Of a stretch of DNA of 64,000 nucleotides, positions 53,901-64,000 are shown piece by piece (within the stretch, counting starts at the first letter, position 1; each line of letters begins with the position of its first letter). The DNA comes from Phoronis australis (lineage: Eukaryota > Animalia > Phoronida). Where the stretch lies: the NCBI GenBank assembly GCA_002633005.1, contig NMRA01000112.1:812659-876658 (forward strand). Direction: 5' to 3'. The position numbers and the translations under genes were made by a program. The notes under the pieces are model-generated. The model was not told the origin of the DNA. It did no database searches and worked only from the letters and a program-made list of their open reading frames with translations.

Positions 53901-56900
53901 CTAAGTTACTGACCCACGCAAAACCAGGACGCTAGCTGGTCGCACAGAGATGGGTAGATAAGCGTCTCCATTGTTCCCGTTTATATAATAAAGATAATGA
54001 CAAACTTTTATCGGTAACCGTCTGTTGTACAATATACGCCCAAGGTACGATATCCATGCGACTTGTATTGTTATAAATGATGTCGTATGCAGATTGCAAG
54101 GTATTATTTAACTTGGGACGGTCGCACACTCGTCGCAAGGCTGTCATCTGTCAAACGTATCAGTGTTTCCTTTGTTGCGTCGGTGTTGGATATAACAATA
54201 CAGGTCTCATGAAAATCGTACCTTGGGCGTATATCAGACGGTTACCAATGAATGCTTGTCACTATATTTATCATTACAACGAAAACAATAGAGATTCTAA
54301 TATATTAAAATACCGATCTCTGATTTCATTGTAAGTCTAAAGCTTGTCCTTGACGAATGTTCGGTAAAATGTGAATGTAACTACTGGAACACCAGACGTC
54401 AATTATATTAGAGATGTCTGTTACAATTACGAAATACATGCAGTTAATTTCTATCGAATAACAACTTCATTCATTCCTAATGGAATGCGTTTTAAGACCA
54501 TCGATATCCATCGCCCCAAATACTTTTACTTCCTGTGAAAATAGCAAGAAATGAATTATCCGAAATGTTTGTAAATTAAGGTTAGTTAAATTTACAGTTT
54601 GACATCTTGGTAAAGTTCAGTTGGATTCCGTGGCTCACGTTCATCAATAATCAACATAAGATTATACCACTCCTTTGGGTGGTAGTTCTTGTGATTGCGG
54701 GCATTTACATGNGCGAAGTTTAAAGTGAGTAAGTTCTTTCGAAGGGTTTGATTACTGTGCAGTTATATGCACCGTAATCTTTCTTAAGATCAGTGTGTTC
54801 CAGTAGCGGATTTGGAGGGGGGTAAAAGGGGCCCGTGTCCCCTACTAAAATTCTCCCAGAATCCATTTGGCAGTTCGGGGATGCGAATATCTGACGGCCA
54901 AAATCCGGGATAATACTCTGCTCTGCCCCCCACTAACTCAAAATCCTGGATCCTCCCCTGCGTTCACGTGAAAGCAATATTGACGCCTGCGGGTTAATGT
55001 TTGACGTGCAATTCTTGTATGATGTGCATGGGACTTCCTTCTACACTTTTCACTGCGCGGACTTCCAACCCTGTTTGAGGGTTGACTTACCGATCGACTA
55101 GCAAAAGCACCTACCTCTCCGTTGCAAATTCCCTATTGCGAAACGTTTGGCAAGGCATCATTTCATTGCAGTGGTGTTCGAGCCTTGAATGAAGTTTCTC
55201 ACCACATTAAAGGCATCACACCCTTCCTTCTTTTAAACGATCAACTACAACCATTTTGTTTAATAAACTGCCTAATAACGAGGGTAACAGGCCTGTCTAT
55301 TACTGAATTTTACTTTTATATTCTATATTCTGATAGCTACTTTTGTTGTTCATATCGCCTATCTTTATTTCCAAGTATCATTTGTGCATTTAAATCTATT
55401 TGTATTTTGTTCCGGTTTTGGTATGTTTACCTTTTCATTTGAACTATTGAATCTTTTTCCAACAACAATTGATACATGTATAATAAATACCTGCCTTTTT
55501 ACTATCCATGTTTCCCACTTGTACTTTTATTCATTTTCATTTTCCATTATTTTCTGTTATTTTTGTATATGTGTGAGCCAAATAAATAAATTAAAAGTAA
55601 AAGGCTCGGGAACAAAACTTGCGTGATCATACGCTTCGCAAGTAATGAATAGCGATATCTCCCTTTTCTCGCTAGAAATTTGCTCTACGAACGCAGCTCA
55701 GGTCATATCATTATTACGTAGCCGTCAAATCCAAACACACTGGTGTAGCTAGTAGAGGCATGATTGTCATTCATTTCAATTTTGCATTTTGTCCCCCTAT
55801 AAAAGGTCATGCGTTTCATCGCCATCCCTGGTGGCCAGCAAGTTCGTGTTTGCCCTCCCTGTCGAATACTTCTGGCTATGTCAGTGTTTTCTCAAGCATA
55901 CGGCACGACATGGTGTTTCAAAAAGACAAGTAAAACTGTTGATTTGCTAACGAGTTGAGTGACAAATGGTTGTTCGCGATTTCGTATTGTATGTAATTAT
56001 TCCAATCAATTCGTCAAAATTTGTCTTAACTTCCTGCAATGTAGCCAGATGTATTCATTGCCTTCTTAGACTAAAAACAACTTGCAGCTGCTCACGTTTG
56101 TAGTATCTCTAAGTTACTGACCCACGCAAAACCAAAACGCTAGCTGGTCGCGCAGAGATGGGTAGATAAGCGTCTCCATTGTTCCCGTTTATATAATAAA
56201 GATAATGACAAACTTTTATCGGTAACCGTCTGTTGTACAATGTACGCCCAAGGTACGATATCCATGCGACTTGTATTGTTATAAATGATGTCGTATGCAG
56301 ATTGCAAGGTATTATTTAACTTGGGACGGTCGCACACTCGTCGCAAGGCTGTCATCTGTCAGACGTATCAGTATTTCCTTTGTTGCGTCGGTGTTGGATA
56401 TAACAATACAGGTCTCATGAAAATCGTACCTTGGGCGTACATCAGACGGTTACCAATGAATGCTTGTCACTATATTTATCATTACAACGAAAACAATAGA
56501 GATTCTAATATATTAAAATACCGATCTCTGATTTCATTGTAAGTCTAAAGCTTGTCCTTGACGAATGTTCGGTAAAATGTAAATGTAACTACTGGAACAC
56601 CAGACGTCAATTATATTAGAGATGTCTGTTACAATTACGAAATACATGCAGTTAATTTCTATCGAATAACAACTTCATTCATTCCTAATGGAATGCGTTT
56701 TAAGATCATCGATATCCATCGCCCCAAATACTTTTACTTCCTGTGAAAATAGCAAGAAATGAATTATCCGAAATGTTTGTAAATTAAGGTTAGTTAAATT
56801 TACAGTTTGACATCTTGGTAAAGTTCAGTTGGATTCCGTGGCTCACGTTCATCAATAATCAACATAAGATTATACCACTCCTTTGGGTGGCAGTTCTTGT

Positions 56901-59900
56901 GATTGCGGGCATTTACATGTACATCGTGAAGTAAAACTGCTACTACAATATTTTATGCACTTACTTAAAATTAAATCAGCGGCCAGGCTGAAATCCGTTA
57001 GATTCTGACACAATGTAAGTTGTAAAATGCGAGTCTTTTGTTCTTGTATTCAGCTTATAGACTGCACTGACGGGGTGTCCGAAAACTTCCATATTTAAAA
57101 CACGTGCAGTATGTTTTCAACATCATAAAACTTAAACCTTTCTCAGATGTACTGCGTGCCACAATCTTGAGTTAGGTGTCTACAAATTAGCTACGTAATG
57201 CTCATGCCGAGTTCAACTAATCCCCGGCATCATATTCTAAAGAGTAAACGCGTAACGGTAACTTGTGATTTTACTTCGCAAGTCAGCGCCAGCGTGTATT
57301 ATTTTACTTAGACCCTGTCGTGCTATCTCCTCATGTAACTGTGTGCGGTATTTTCAGATAAAACGGGAAGCATATCATTATCTTGTGTTGTCGGGCATCA
57401 GAAGCAAACCAAAGCGACCTTTCTGGATTTGATAACTTCCTGTCTCTCTTTCTCGTAAAAGTTCTCTTTGCAGAACTGTTGAGCGGACCAACTAAATTTC
57501 GTAAATTTCCACGGCGTACGTGTTGTAAGGGACCTGACTTGAGGTCCAGACGGTCTAGCCACCTAGTGACTTCGTTTATGGCAAAATCAGCCACCAGGTA
57601 GCGAGCCCGACATGACCGCGATTTGGCTCAAAAGAATCTGCCTTCTGATAGGTGGTGGAAGTCGACGACATTTTCAGTCTGTTGAAATTGTTACCAGTAA
57701 ATGAACAAGACAAAATGAAGCACAGTAAATAAAAGTATGGCCAATTGACTTTGCTTTTGATGCTCTGGTAATTTATGTCAAGATTTTTAGCCTGACGACA
57801 CCCACATGTGGCATGTGGAGAGAGCAAGGTAATACACAAAGTGTTGGGGCATAAATGAAACATGACGCGCCATTGACAAATACATGTACATGTATGTAAA
57901 CGGATGATTATACGAGATTTTGCGAAATTTTTGTCTCATCTTAAACACAGCATAGTTCGTTCAGTGATCTCGCCATCGTAACCGAAATTTTATACATTAA
58001 AACACTGTGCTATAAATAAACATTTACTTTTGATGGTGATTATAGATGAATAAATTTACAGCCCAAACCACGCGTTGTCACATTAATGACTCGTTCCGAC
58101 AAGAAGCGCCTTTCTCGCTAAAACAGAAACACACCACAACGCGCTTGCCGGGATCATGAGACCGGTAGCTGAGTGCACGCGCATGCGACTACTGTTAGGC
58201 TTAGAAAAACCCGGAAAATCTCGAGTATTTCCATGGCCTCAGACATCCCACAGGGGAACGTTATCCGTGAACGCAAATTCTGTTAAAAGGACAATGATTT
58301 TCTTGTGTTGAAAGTCTCTTGCTTGACTTGCCGTTTGACCTGCATACACTGTATGCGAAGATGGCGTATACAAAAACACTCAATATATTCTGAATGACTG
58401 GGAAATCACGTACATATGATACACGGTACTGTTAGCTCTCGTATTAACAGAAAGGTAAACGATGAGGTTGTTTTTTTTTACAGTTCAAGTGCTCACGGGC
58501 ATTTTAAGTGATTAACACAGATCGAAATCTTTTTTGTAGGAGCACCTCTCAACGTGGACTTAGATATCGTAGTAGCCAGTTTTGACAGCATATCAGAAGT
58601 CAATATGGTAAGCTATAAAGAGCTCGCACTTTTCACTTAGAAAAATAATGAATTAGTTAATGGTATTGTTAGTTTTGGCGTTCACGAGGAATAGCAAGAG
58701 GCTTTGAAAATCCTGCCGTCTTGTTGTGCATCGTGGGGCCAACTTGCTATCTGGAATTCGCTTCACATTAAGTATATATATTTGAAAGAAATTAACAAAG
58801 GGAAATTAGATAAACTATAGCTTATTACACATAGACCGATTTTGGTAATTTCTATTGTATAAATCTACTAAATGATATTTCGTAGTTGTGTTTTAAATTT
58901 ACTATTAAACGTCGAGTTTATATAGCTCATGTTAAATCTCAGTAAGTGCATGTCTATTACAATCAATTACATTCCGCATTTACTTGTTTAAAAGAGTGCC
59001 ACCCACTCTTGCTAATCAGTTGACAAATGAACAGCAGATATTTTTGTCAAGAGCCTGAATAAATTATAAACCTGTATTTGCATATGTAATTAAGGCAATG
59101 TGTGTGAGAAAACCATCAACCTACACATGTTGTTATTTAGCGGTAGATACCATATCTACTCCTCTGAGATCCTACGTAAAGAACCAATGTGACCGTATTC
59201 AATAGAACCAAAGATCATAAGGAACGGACTCGCAACTCCGATATTTCCCTTCGAAATTCCCCAAGGAAGCGCCTTTGTCTTCCATTGTTGAAGCAACTCG
59301 ACTTCCTTTTTGGTGAGCAGGAGACGTTAAGTAAAACATGCCATCACACCAGTCGCCGCTAGTGAATAGTGAACCATTGTATAGTTAGTCTCCACTTGTG
59401 TACGTTGGAAATTTTCGGAGATCGCCCATGCCACATGACATCGGATGAATTTCGCAAGCCATTGTTTAACTTGCGTGATCCATGCGGCACATGGTTCTAT
59501 GGGACGCTGCCATTATTTTCCTTTGTTGCGTTTTTGTTGGATATAACAATACAAGTGCAACGGATGTTGTACCTTGGGCACACATCAGCCAATTAATGAT
59601 AAATGCTTACCATTATGAGAAAGAAAAAAAAACAAAGTGAACAAAGGATACGCCTATCTACTGATATCCAGGCGACGAGCTTGCGACCTACTTTCCCGAG
59701 GATGGTGGTGCGTGTACTACATATACTCTACTACCGATGACAGTTGTTTAAATTACATATAACAAACCTCGTTTCGTTCACAGGATTATACAGTAACTAT
59801 ATATTTGAACCAATATTGGCGAGACGAGAGGCTTCAATATTCCAACGACCCAAACGATCAAATGACCTTAACCGGTGACTTCGCAGAAAAGATCTGGGTT

Positions 59901-60007
59901 CCCGACACATTCTTTGCTAACGATAAGAACTCCTTCCTCCACGACGTCACGGAAAGAAACAAACGAGTGCGACTCTTCGGAGACGGAAACATTACATACG
60001 GAATGAG
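32863..60007 (+). CDS. LCCH3: GABA-A receptor beta-like subunit (LCCH3 type), spliced 5' part; gene continues beyond the right edge of the window
   Basis: Exons join to [89 protein letters not shown]...LTGDFAEKIWVPDTFFANDKNSFLHDVTERNKRVRLFGDGNITYGMR. The motifs [25 protein letters not shown] and GDFAEKIWVPDTFFANDKNSFLHDVTERNK are characteristic of LCCH3/GABA-A beta-like subunits. Confidence 0.92.
33847..33935 (+). CDS. LCCH3: Beta-type gene exon with GYDIRLRP motif (89 bp)
   Basis: tttcag|C GGT TCC...TTC GGT G|gtgagt; encodes [29 protein letters not shown]; phase 2 to 1. Confidence 0.94.
36078..36390. repeat. Degenerate (GAT/GAC)n trinucleotide tract
   Basis: GAT/GAC triplet runs, with a perfect (GAT)n core near 36283-36310. 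Confidence 0.9.
41815..42040. repeat. Degenerate (GAT/GAC)n trinucleotide tract
   Basis: Directly visible triplet low complexity. Confidence 0.85.
43625..43900. repeat. Degenerate (GAT/GAC)n trinucleotide tract
   Basis: Directly visible triplet low complexity. Confidence 0.85.
47829..48238. mobile_element. Hairpin MITE (about 410 bp) with long imperfect TIRs and GGG...CCC termini (possibly PIF/Harbinger-derived)
   Basis: Left tactcgaaacgaactcgaaactatttttggcaatttctctgctctttttgtgcgaacttaagataa pairs with the reverse complement of the right end tactcgaaatggaactcgaaattaggtttggcattttctactctacttttgggtgaactcaagataa. Confidence 0.75.
48362..48560 (-). mobile_element. Internal fragment of the 9265-10303 transposon family
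   Basis: ATAGGACTTTATGATTTTCA is the reverse complement of TGAAAATCATAAAGTCCTAT at about 9555-9574; flanks are similar. Confidence 0.55.
51350..51780 (+). mobile_element. Degraded non-LTR retrotransposon (CR1/L2 group) ORF2 fragments, C-terminal to the RT domain
   Basis: LISPLILCYLHYADCSWYSNASSYRLHRCQRKIIRVLLKLQPRT resembles the LIxPxLDYCxxxW..LQxxQNKxxRxI motif. Frameshifted KVHQRA and KWKSL/TQRRQ resemble ExVQRRA and WxxLxxRR motifs. Confidence 0.6.
52589..52748. mobile_element. 160-bp MITE with CAG...CTG termini and an apparent 5-bp TSD (TGTTC); duplicated at 54801-54960
   Basis: TGTTC|CAGTAGCAGATTT...AATCCTCCCCTG|TGTTC; a related inverted copy starts at 62568. Confidence 0.65.
52905..53390 (+). 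mobile_element. 3' end of a degraded CR1/L2-group LINE (ORF2 terminus plus 3' UTR); duplicated at about 55120-55600
   Basis: LQIPYCETFGKASFHCSGVRALNEVSHHIKGITPFLLLNDQL (clearest in the second copy) fits LxIPxxxTxxGxxSFxxxGxxxWNxLPxxIKxxxSxxxFKxxL. A T-rich UTR ends in CAAATAAATCAATTAAA. Confidence 0.6.
53994..54265. mobile_element. Hairpin MITE (about 270 bp) with roughly 80-bp TIRs; duplicated at 56202-56473, partial copy at about 59520-59615
   Basis: GGTAACCGTCTG..TATACGCCCAAGGTACGAT..TGTATTGTTATA pairs with TATAACAATACA..ATCGTACCTTGGGCGTATA..CAGACGGTTACC. Confidence 0.8.
58540..58607 (+). CDS. LCCH3: Beta-type gene 68-bp exon
   Basis: tttttgtag|GA GCA CCT...AAT ATG|gtaagc; encodes (G)[22 protein letters not shown]; phase 1 to 0. 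Confidence 0.96.
59784..60007 (+). CDS. LCCH3: Beta-type gene exon (loops D, A, E), 224 bp
   Basis: ttcacag|GAT TAT ACA...ATG AG|gtagat; encodes [17 protein letters not shown]...NITYGMR; phase 0 to 2. Confidence 0.97.
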
Positions 60008-60039
60008 GTAGATATATTTTAATTGTTCCATCTTAAACT

Positions 60040-61806
60040 ACTGGCAGCACCACACAGTTCTCAATGTTAATTAAACAAGTTTTTTTAAAGTGATCGCTTA
60101 TCTGAAATCTGTGTTTGTTCACAATACGAGGAGAAGGTTGAGACGCCCTTCAATGCTTCTCAGTAAAGACTTAGTCATAACTGATATTTTTTATATTCAA
60201 TACTCCTAATGAACACGTGAATCGAATTCTCATAATTTTACAAAAGCAGGTTATACGCAAAGATGCTTTGATAGCAAAATTAAATCGTTTACGATAGCCA
60301 TGGCTAAATTAGATTGAATTTAGCAACGAATTGCTATTTGGGGGCGTTATACTCCTGCATCGTATGCCAGGGATCGATATGTAATGACGTTGGAATGTTA
60401 TGAAGTAGCATAATATTAATGTACATGACAAGTTAGCGCAGCAACAGATATTTTAATATCGAACATTAAATGTTGAAATTAGAATTGAAACCAGTAGGAT
60501 TAGTGACAAACTTTTCACAATTGACTATAAAAATTATAAGACTCGGGTGAGAAACAACATTACCGCCTGAACCAAAACAAGAACTACGGTCCTCCACAAA
60601 ACAGGATGGGGGGGGGATCAATGGGAACTAAGGGATCCGAAAATGAGAGGGATTCACCCTAAAGACATGACCACAAAACTAGACCTCTATGGACCGACCA
60701 TGACTGCCGGGATCACAACATGACAGCTCCACCACGTTGTGATGACACGCATAAAATAGTTGAAAGAAGGTCGATCACGTACAATTATTTCGCTGTTTAT
60801 ATAATATTTAATTGTTGTTGGAGTCAAATTTACATGAATTATTGATGTGCGTCAAGTAACTATTAGATTTTGAAAACTAGTCTCTTTCGCAGACTATATG
60901 AGTTTTTGAGTCGTGGTATTAAAANACTGGCAGCAACACACAGTTCTCAATGTTAATTAAACAAGTTTTTTTTAAAGTGATCGCTTATCTGAAATCTGTG
61001 TTTGTTCACAATACGAGGAGAAGGTTGAGACGCCCTTCAATGCCTCTCAGTAAAGACTCAGTCATAACTGATATTTTTTATATTCAATACACCTAATGAA
61101 CACGTGAATCGAATTCTCATAATGTTACAAAAGCATGTTAGACGCAAAGATGCTTTGATAGCAAAATTAAATCGTTTACGATAGCCATGGCTAAATTAGA
61201 TTGAAGTTAGCAACGAATAGCTATTTGGGGGCTTTATACTCCTGCATCGTATGCCAGGGATCGATATGTAATAACGTTGGAATGTTATGAAGTAGCATAA
61301 TATTAATGTACATGACAAGTTAGCGCAGCAATAGATATTTTAATATCGAACATTAAATGTTGAAATTAGAATTGAAAACAGTAGGATTAGTGACAAACTT
61401 TTCACAATTGACTATAAAAATTATGACTCGGGTGAGAAACAACATTACCACCGGAACCAAAACAAGAACTACGGTCCTCCACAAAACAGGATGGGGGGAT
61501 CAAAGGGAACTAAGGGATCCGAAAATGAGAGGGATTCACCCTAAAGACATGACCACAAAACTAGACCTCTATGGACCGACCATGACTGCCGGGATCACAA
61601 CATGGCAGCTCCACCACGTTGTGATGACACGCATAAAATAGTTGAAAGAAGGTCGATCATGTACAATTATTTCGCTGTTTATATAATATTTAATTGTTGT
61701 TGGAGTCAAATTTACATGAATTATTGATGTGCGTCAAGTAACTATTAGATTTTGAAAACTAGTCTCTTTCGCAGACTATATGAGTTTTTGAGTCGTGGTA
61801 TTAAAA
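60040..61806 (+). repeat. Tandem near-identical 0.88-kb duplication (60040-60924 / 60926-61806) joined at a single N
   Basis: Both copies start ACTGGCAGCA and end GTCGTGGTATTAAAA; N at 60925. Confidence 0.97.
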
Positions 61807-62567
61807 CGGAACAAAGAACGGAATAATCTATTGTTGCGCGTATGCACTCAATTTGGCCTACGTGCGCAATCACCGACAACAACGAAATGTCCGACATCAA
61901 ATCCGTTTTAAATGATTGCAGTGTATTCGAATCTTGCGTTCATCAGATTCAGAATTACCATTCAACTACTCAGGCGATAAACAGCGTATCGAATAAAACC
62001 ACGCAGCGCGGTGTTTTTTAGGAAAATGGCGCACCGATGTCCTCTGACCAAACAGACTTCAACAACAGTAAAATGAATAAATATAAATAAAAGCCATCCA
62101 TGTCGCATATTTTTTGCTAATTAGCGATAAATTTATGTACTATGTTAGTTTTGAGAACCAAGTATACACCCACTTTGTCCAATTTGACGTCTTAACGTCT
62201 TAGTCCATTCAAAACCGTGTTCTAGGATAACTGGTTATTGGGAAAAGGATCGCCATAACCGGCATTATACATGAGCATCAAGAACATTTTGTTACGCAGT
62301 CATGTTCGGTAGCCCCTGGCCCATTTGATCCCCCAAGTCCTGTTTCGCAGCGAGTCAGTCCAATTTGGAGGACCGGTGATCCTGTTTTATGTCCTGAGGT
62401 CATGTTGTTTCTCCCCCGTGCAAGAGATCGAGACAAAATCGCATTACATGTTACGCTTTCGTGTCCTAGCGCAGGAAACTACATGCAGGTATCATAAAGA
62501 TATTTGTACTACATTGCCACGTTAGAAATAACGATTTCAGGCATCTTTTGACCTCGAAGACATTAAT

Positions 62568-62722
62568 CACTGGCGGATCTAGGATTTTGAGTTAGGGGGG
62601 GCCAGGGCAGAGTATTAGCCAGGAATTAGATATTGCTTCTCAGACAATCGCACTCCCGAAAGGCCAAAAGGGGGAGAGATGGGGAGAGATGGGGAGAGAT
62701 GGGGAGAGGGATTCCCCCTCCC
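62568..62722. mobile_element. Diverged inverted copy of the 52589-52748 MITE family, carrying a (GGGGAGAGAT)x4 minisatellite at 62671-62710
   Basis: CACTGGCGGATCTAGGATTTTGAGTTAGGGGGGGCCAGGGCAGAGTATTA aligns with the reverse complement of about 52700-52748. Confidence 0.65.
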
Positions 62723-64000
62723 GTCTAAGAGATGTTTTATTTAGTGTCTCGTATTTTCCTTGATATCTGAAGTATAATCAGCCCTCAACAAAACTTAAAG
62801 TGCCAGGTTACTCTTTGCGTCGAGCACGACCAAACCCCACTGTCCTTCCGAATGAGTTGGAATCATCATCCAAAGTCAAATTTTCTAAATTGCCGATAAA
62901 AACACTCATAATTCATGACTTGCGCATGTCTTTCTGCCGAGTGCATTTAAGAATGTCTTACATGTGTGTGAATAGGAACTCCGCCAGTCGTGGAGCACCC
63001 GGGCGCTCCGCGACGCACTTTCCTCCGACGAAAGCTGTTGAATAAGGCATGATGCATGTATGGCACAATTTAAAACACGCAATTTTCGAGTGTTTGAACA
63101 GCACTTGGTTTTTGGAACCGTTTCGAAGGGGGCAGTGAAAGATAACTAGTCCGCCAATTTCTTATCTACTCTCAAATATCACAGGGAACTGTTGGGTAGC
63201 ATCTCTTGCACAGATCTCAGTGAATTCACGTTTTCACAATAAAAATACTAGATCGACTGCAATTGTGATCTCGTTGCACTTAATCATCCCGTAATCATGC
63301 GCGCACTCAGCCTAAAAATGGGGTCTCAGATTTTTCAGGAATGTGAACTTTTACTAAGATTCACGGGGTACGTTCAAAGCAATAAAATGTGCATTCGCCG
63401 AATTTGGGTAGATCCTGCTTTTTTAGTGCACTTTTGTCTCGTTTTGTACTTTTCCGGAGTTTTTATTTCTCTGAGACTGACTGTTTTGCCCACTTCGCCA
63501 AATAAGGAACATGTTCGAGCCGCTCAAGCCCCCCTGGATGGGTGCATGGTAATAAGGCCTACAATATTGGCTCGTCACAGTCTAGATTGCTTCTTTCTGT
63601 ATGCAATCTTCCATGCATTCAAGGATGTCGTTTTGAGGTCTTGCTTAGGACAGTCACGTGTTCAGGTGCTCGGAGAGAATTACGTCTATTCTGATGCTTA
63701 CCAAAGCCGGTAGCGGAAAACTAACCATCAACTTCTTTTGAGTGTATTACAAACTAAACTTTTGCAGCTACGCTCAATTGGAACTTCGTTTCCTGCAACC
63801 AGACTTCTGACCCTTGTCGTTATGTGTCTTTGGTGGAAGTTTGTAAGATGGCGGTTGCTCTCTGGTTTTAATGACATTAAATTTGGCCACGTGGTCAGTG
63901 GATGCTCAGTTGACGTAGCTGCTAATTTCGTAAATATATGTTTTACGGGACATTTATGTTTGATCGCACTGTGTACCGCATTCGGGATCATTCTCAGAAT

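Larger units (their letters stand above)
52501..56919 (+). repeat. Tandem near-identical 2.2-kb duplication (52501-54711 / 54713-56919) joined at a single N
   Basis: Both copies start GCGAAGTTTA(G/A)AGTGAGTAAG and end GCATTTACATG; N at 54712; ORFs are duplicated in the track (53932 vs 56140, 54077 vs 56285). Confidence 0.97.

Noticed and set aside
58178-58454. Alternative internal promoter/first exon (CGCGCATGCG plus donor AAAG|gtaaac 85 nt before the 68-bp exon)
   Set aside because: The frame needed to join the 68-bp exon has a TAA just upstream and no signal peptide; CGCGCATG also occurs in other, apparently unrelated places in the window.
60008-64000. Next (Cys-loop) exon of the beta-type gene; ORF 63297-63713
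   Set aside because: No CxMDLxxYPLD-type exon was seen, and the 138-aa ORF has no recognisable motif.

Overview
AT-rich, intron-dominated eukaryotic (invertebrate animal, possibly non-vertebrate deuterostome) genomic DNA. It holds the 5' halves of two Cys-loop ligand-gated chloride channel (GABA-A receptor-like) genes arranged head-to-head. On the minus strand is an alpha-type GRD/CG8916-like subunit (confident exons 6002-5902, 5315-5248, 3739-3513; probable signal-peptide exon 12836-12781), which runs off the left edge. On the plus strand is a beta-type LCCH3-like subunit (exons 32863-32915, 33847-33935, 58540-58607, 59784-60007), which runs off the right edge. Both genes share the same intron phases (2,1,0,2) and a 68-bp exon. 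A cluster of ETS, GC-box, CCAAT and NRF1 motifs at about 32.3-32.7 kb may be a bidirectional promoter. The rest is intron/intergenic DNA with an internally deleted TTAA-flanked Kolobok-type transposon (THAP and KolX-like relics), several MITEs, degraded CR1/L2-type LINE fragments and microsatellites. Two near-identical tandem duplications are each joined at a single N and are probably assembly artefacts. Most short ORFs in the supplied track are spurious.
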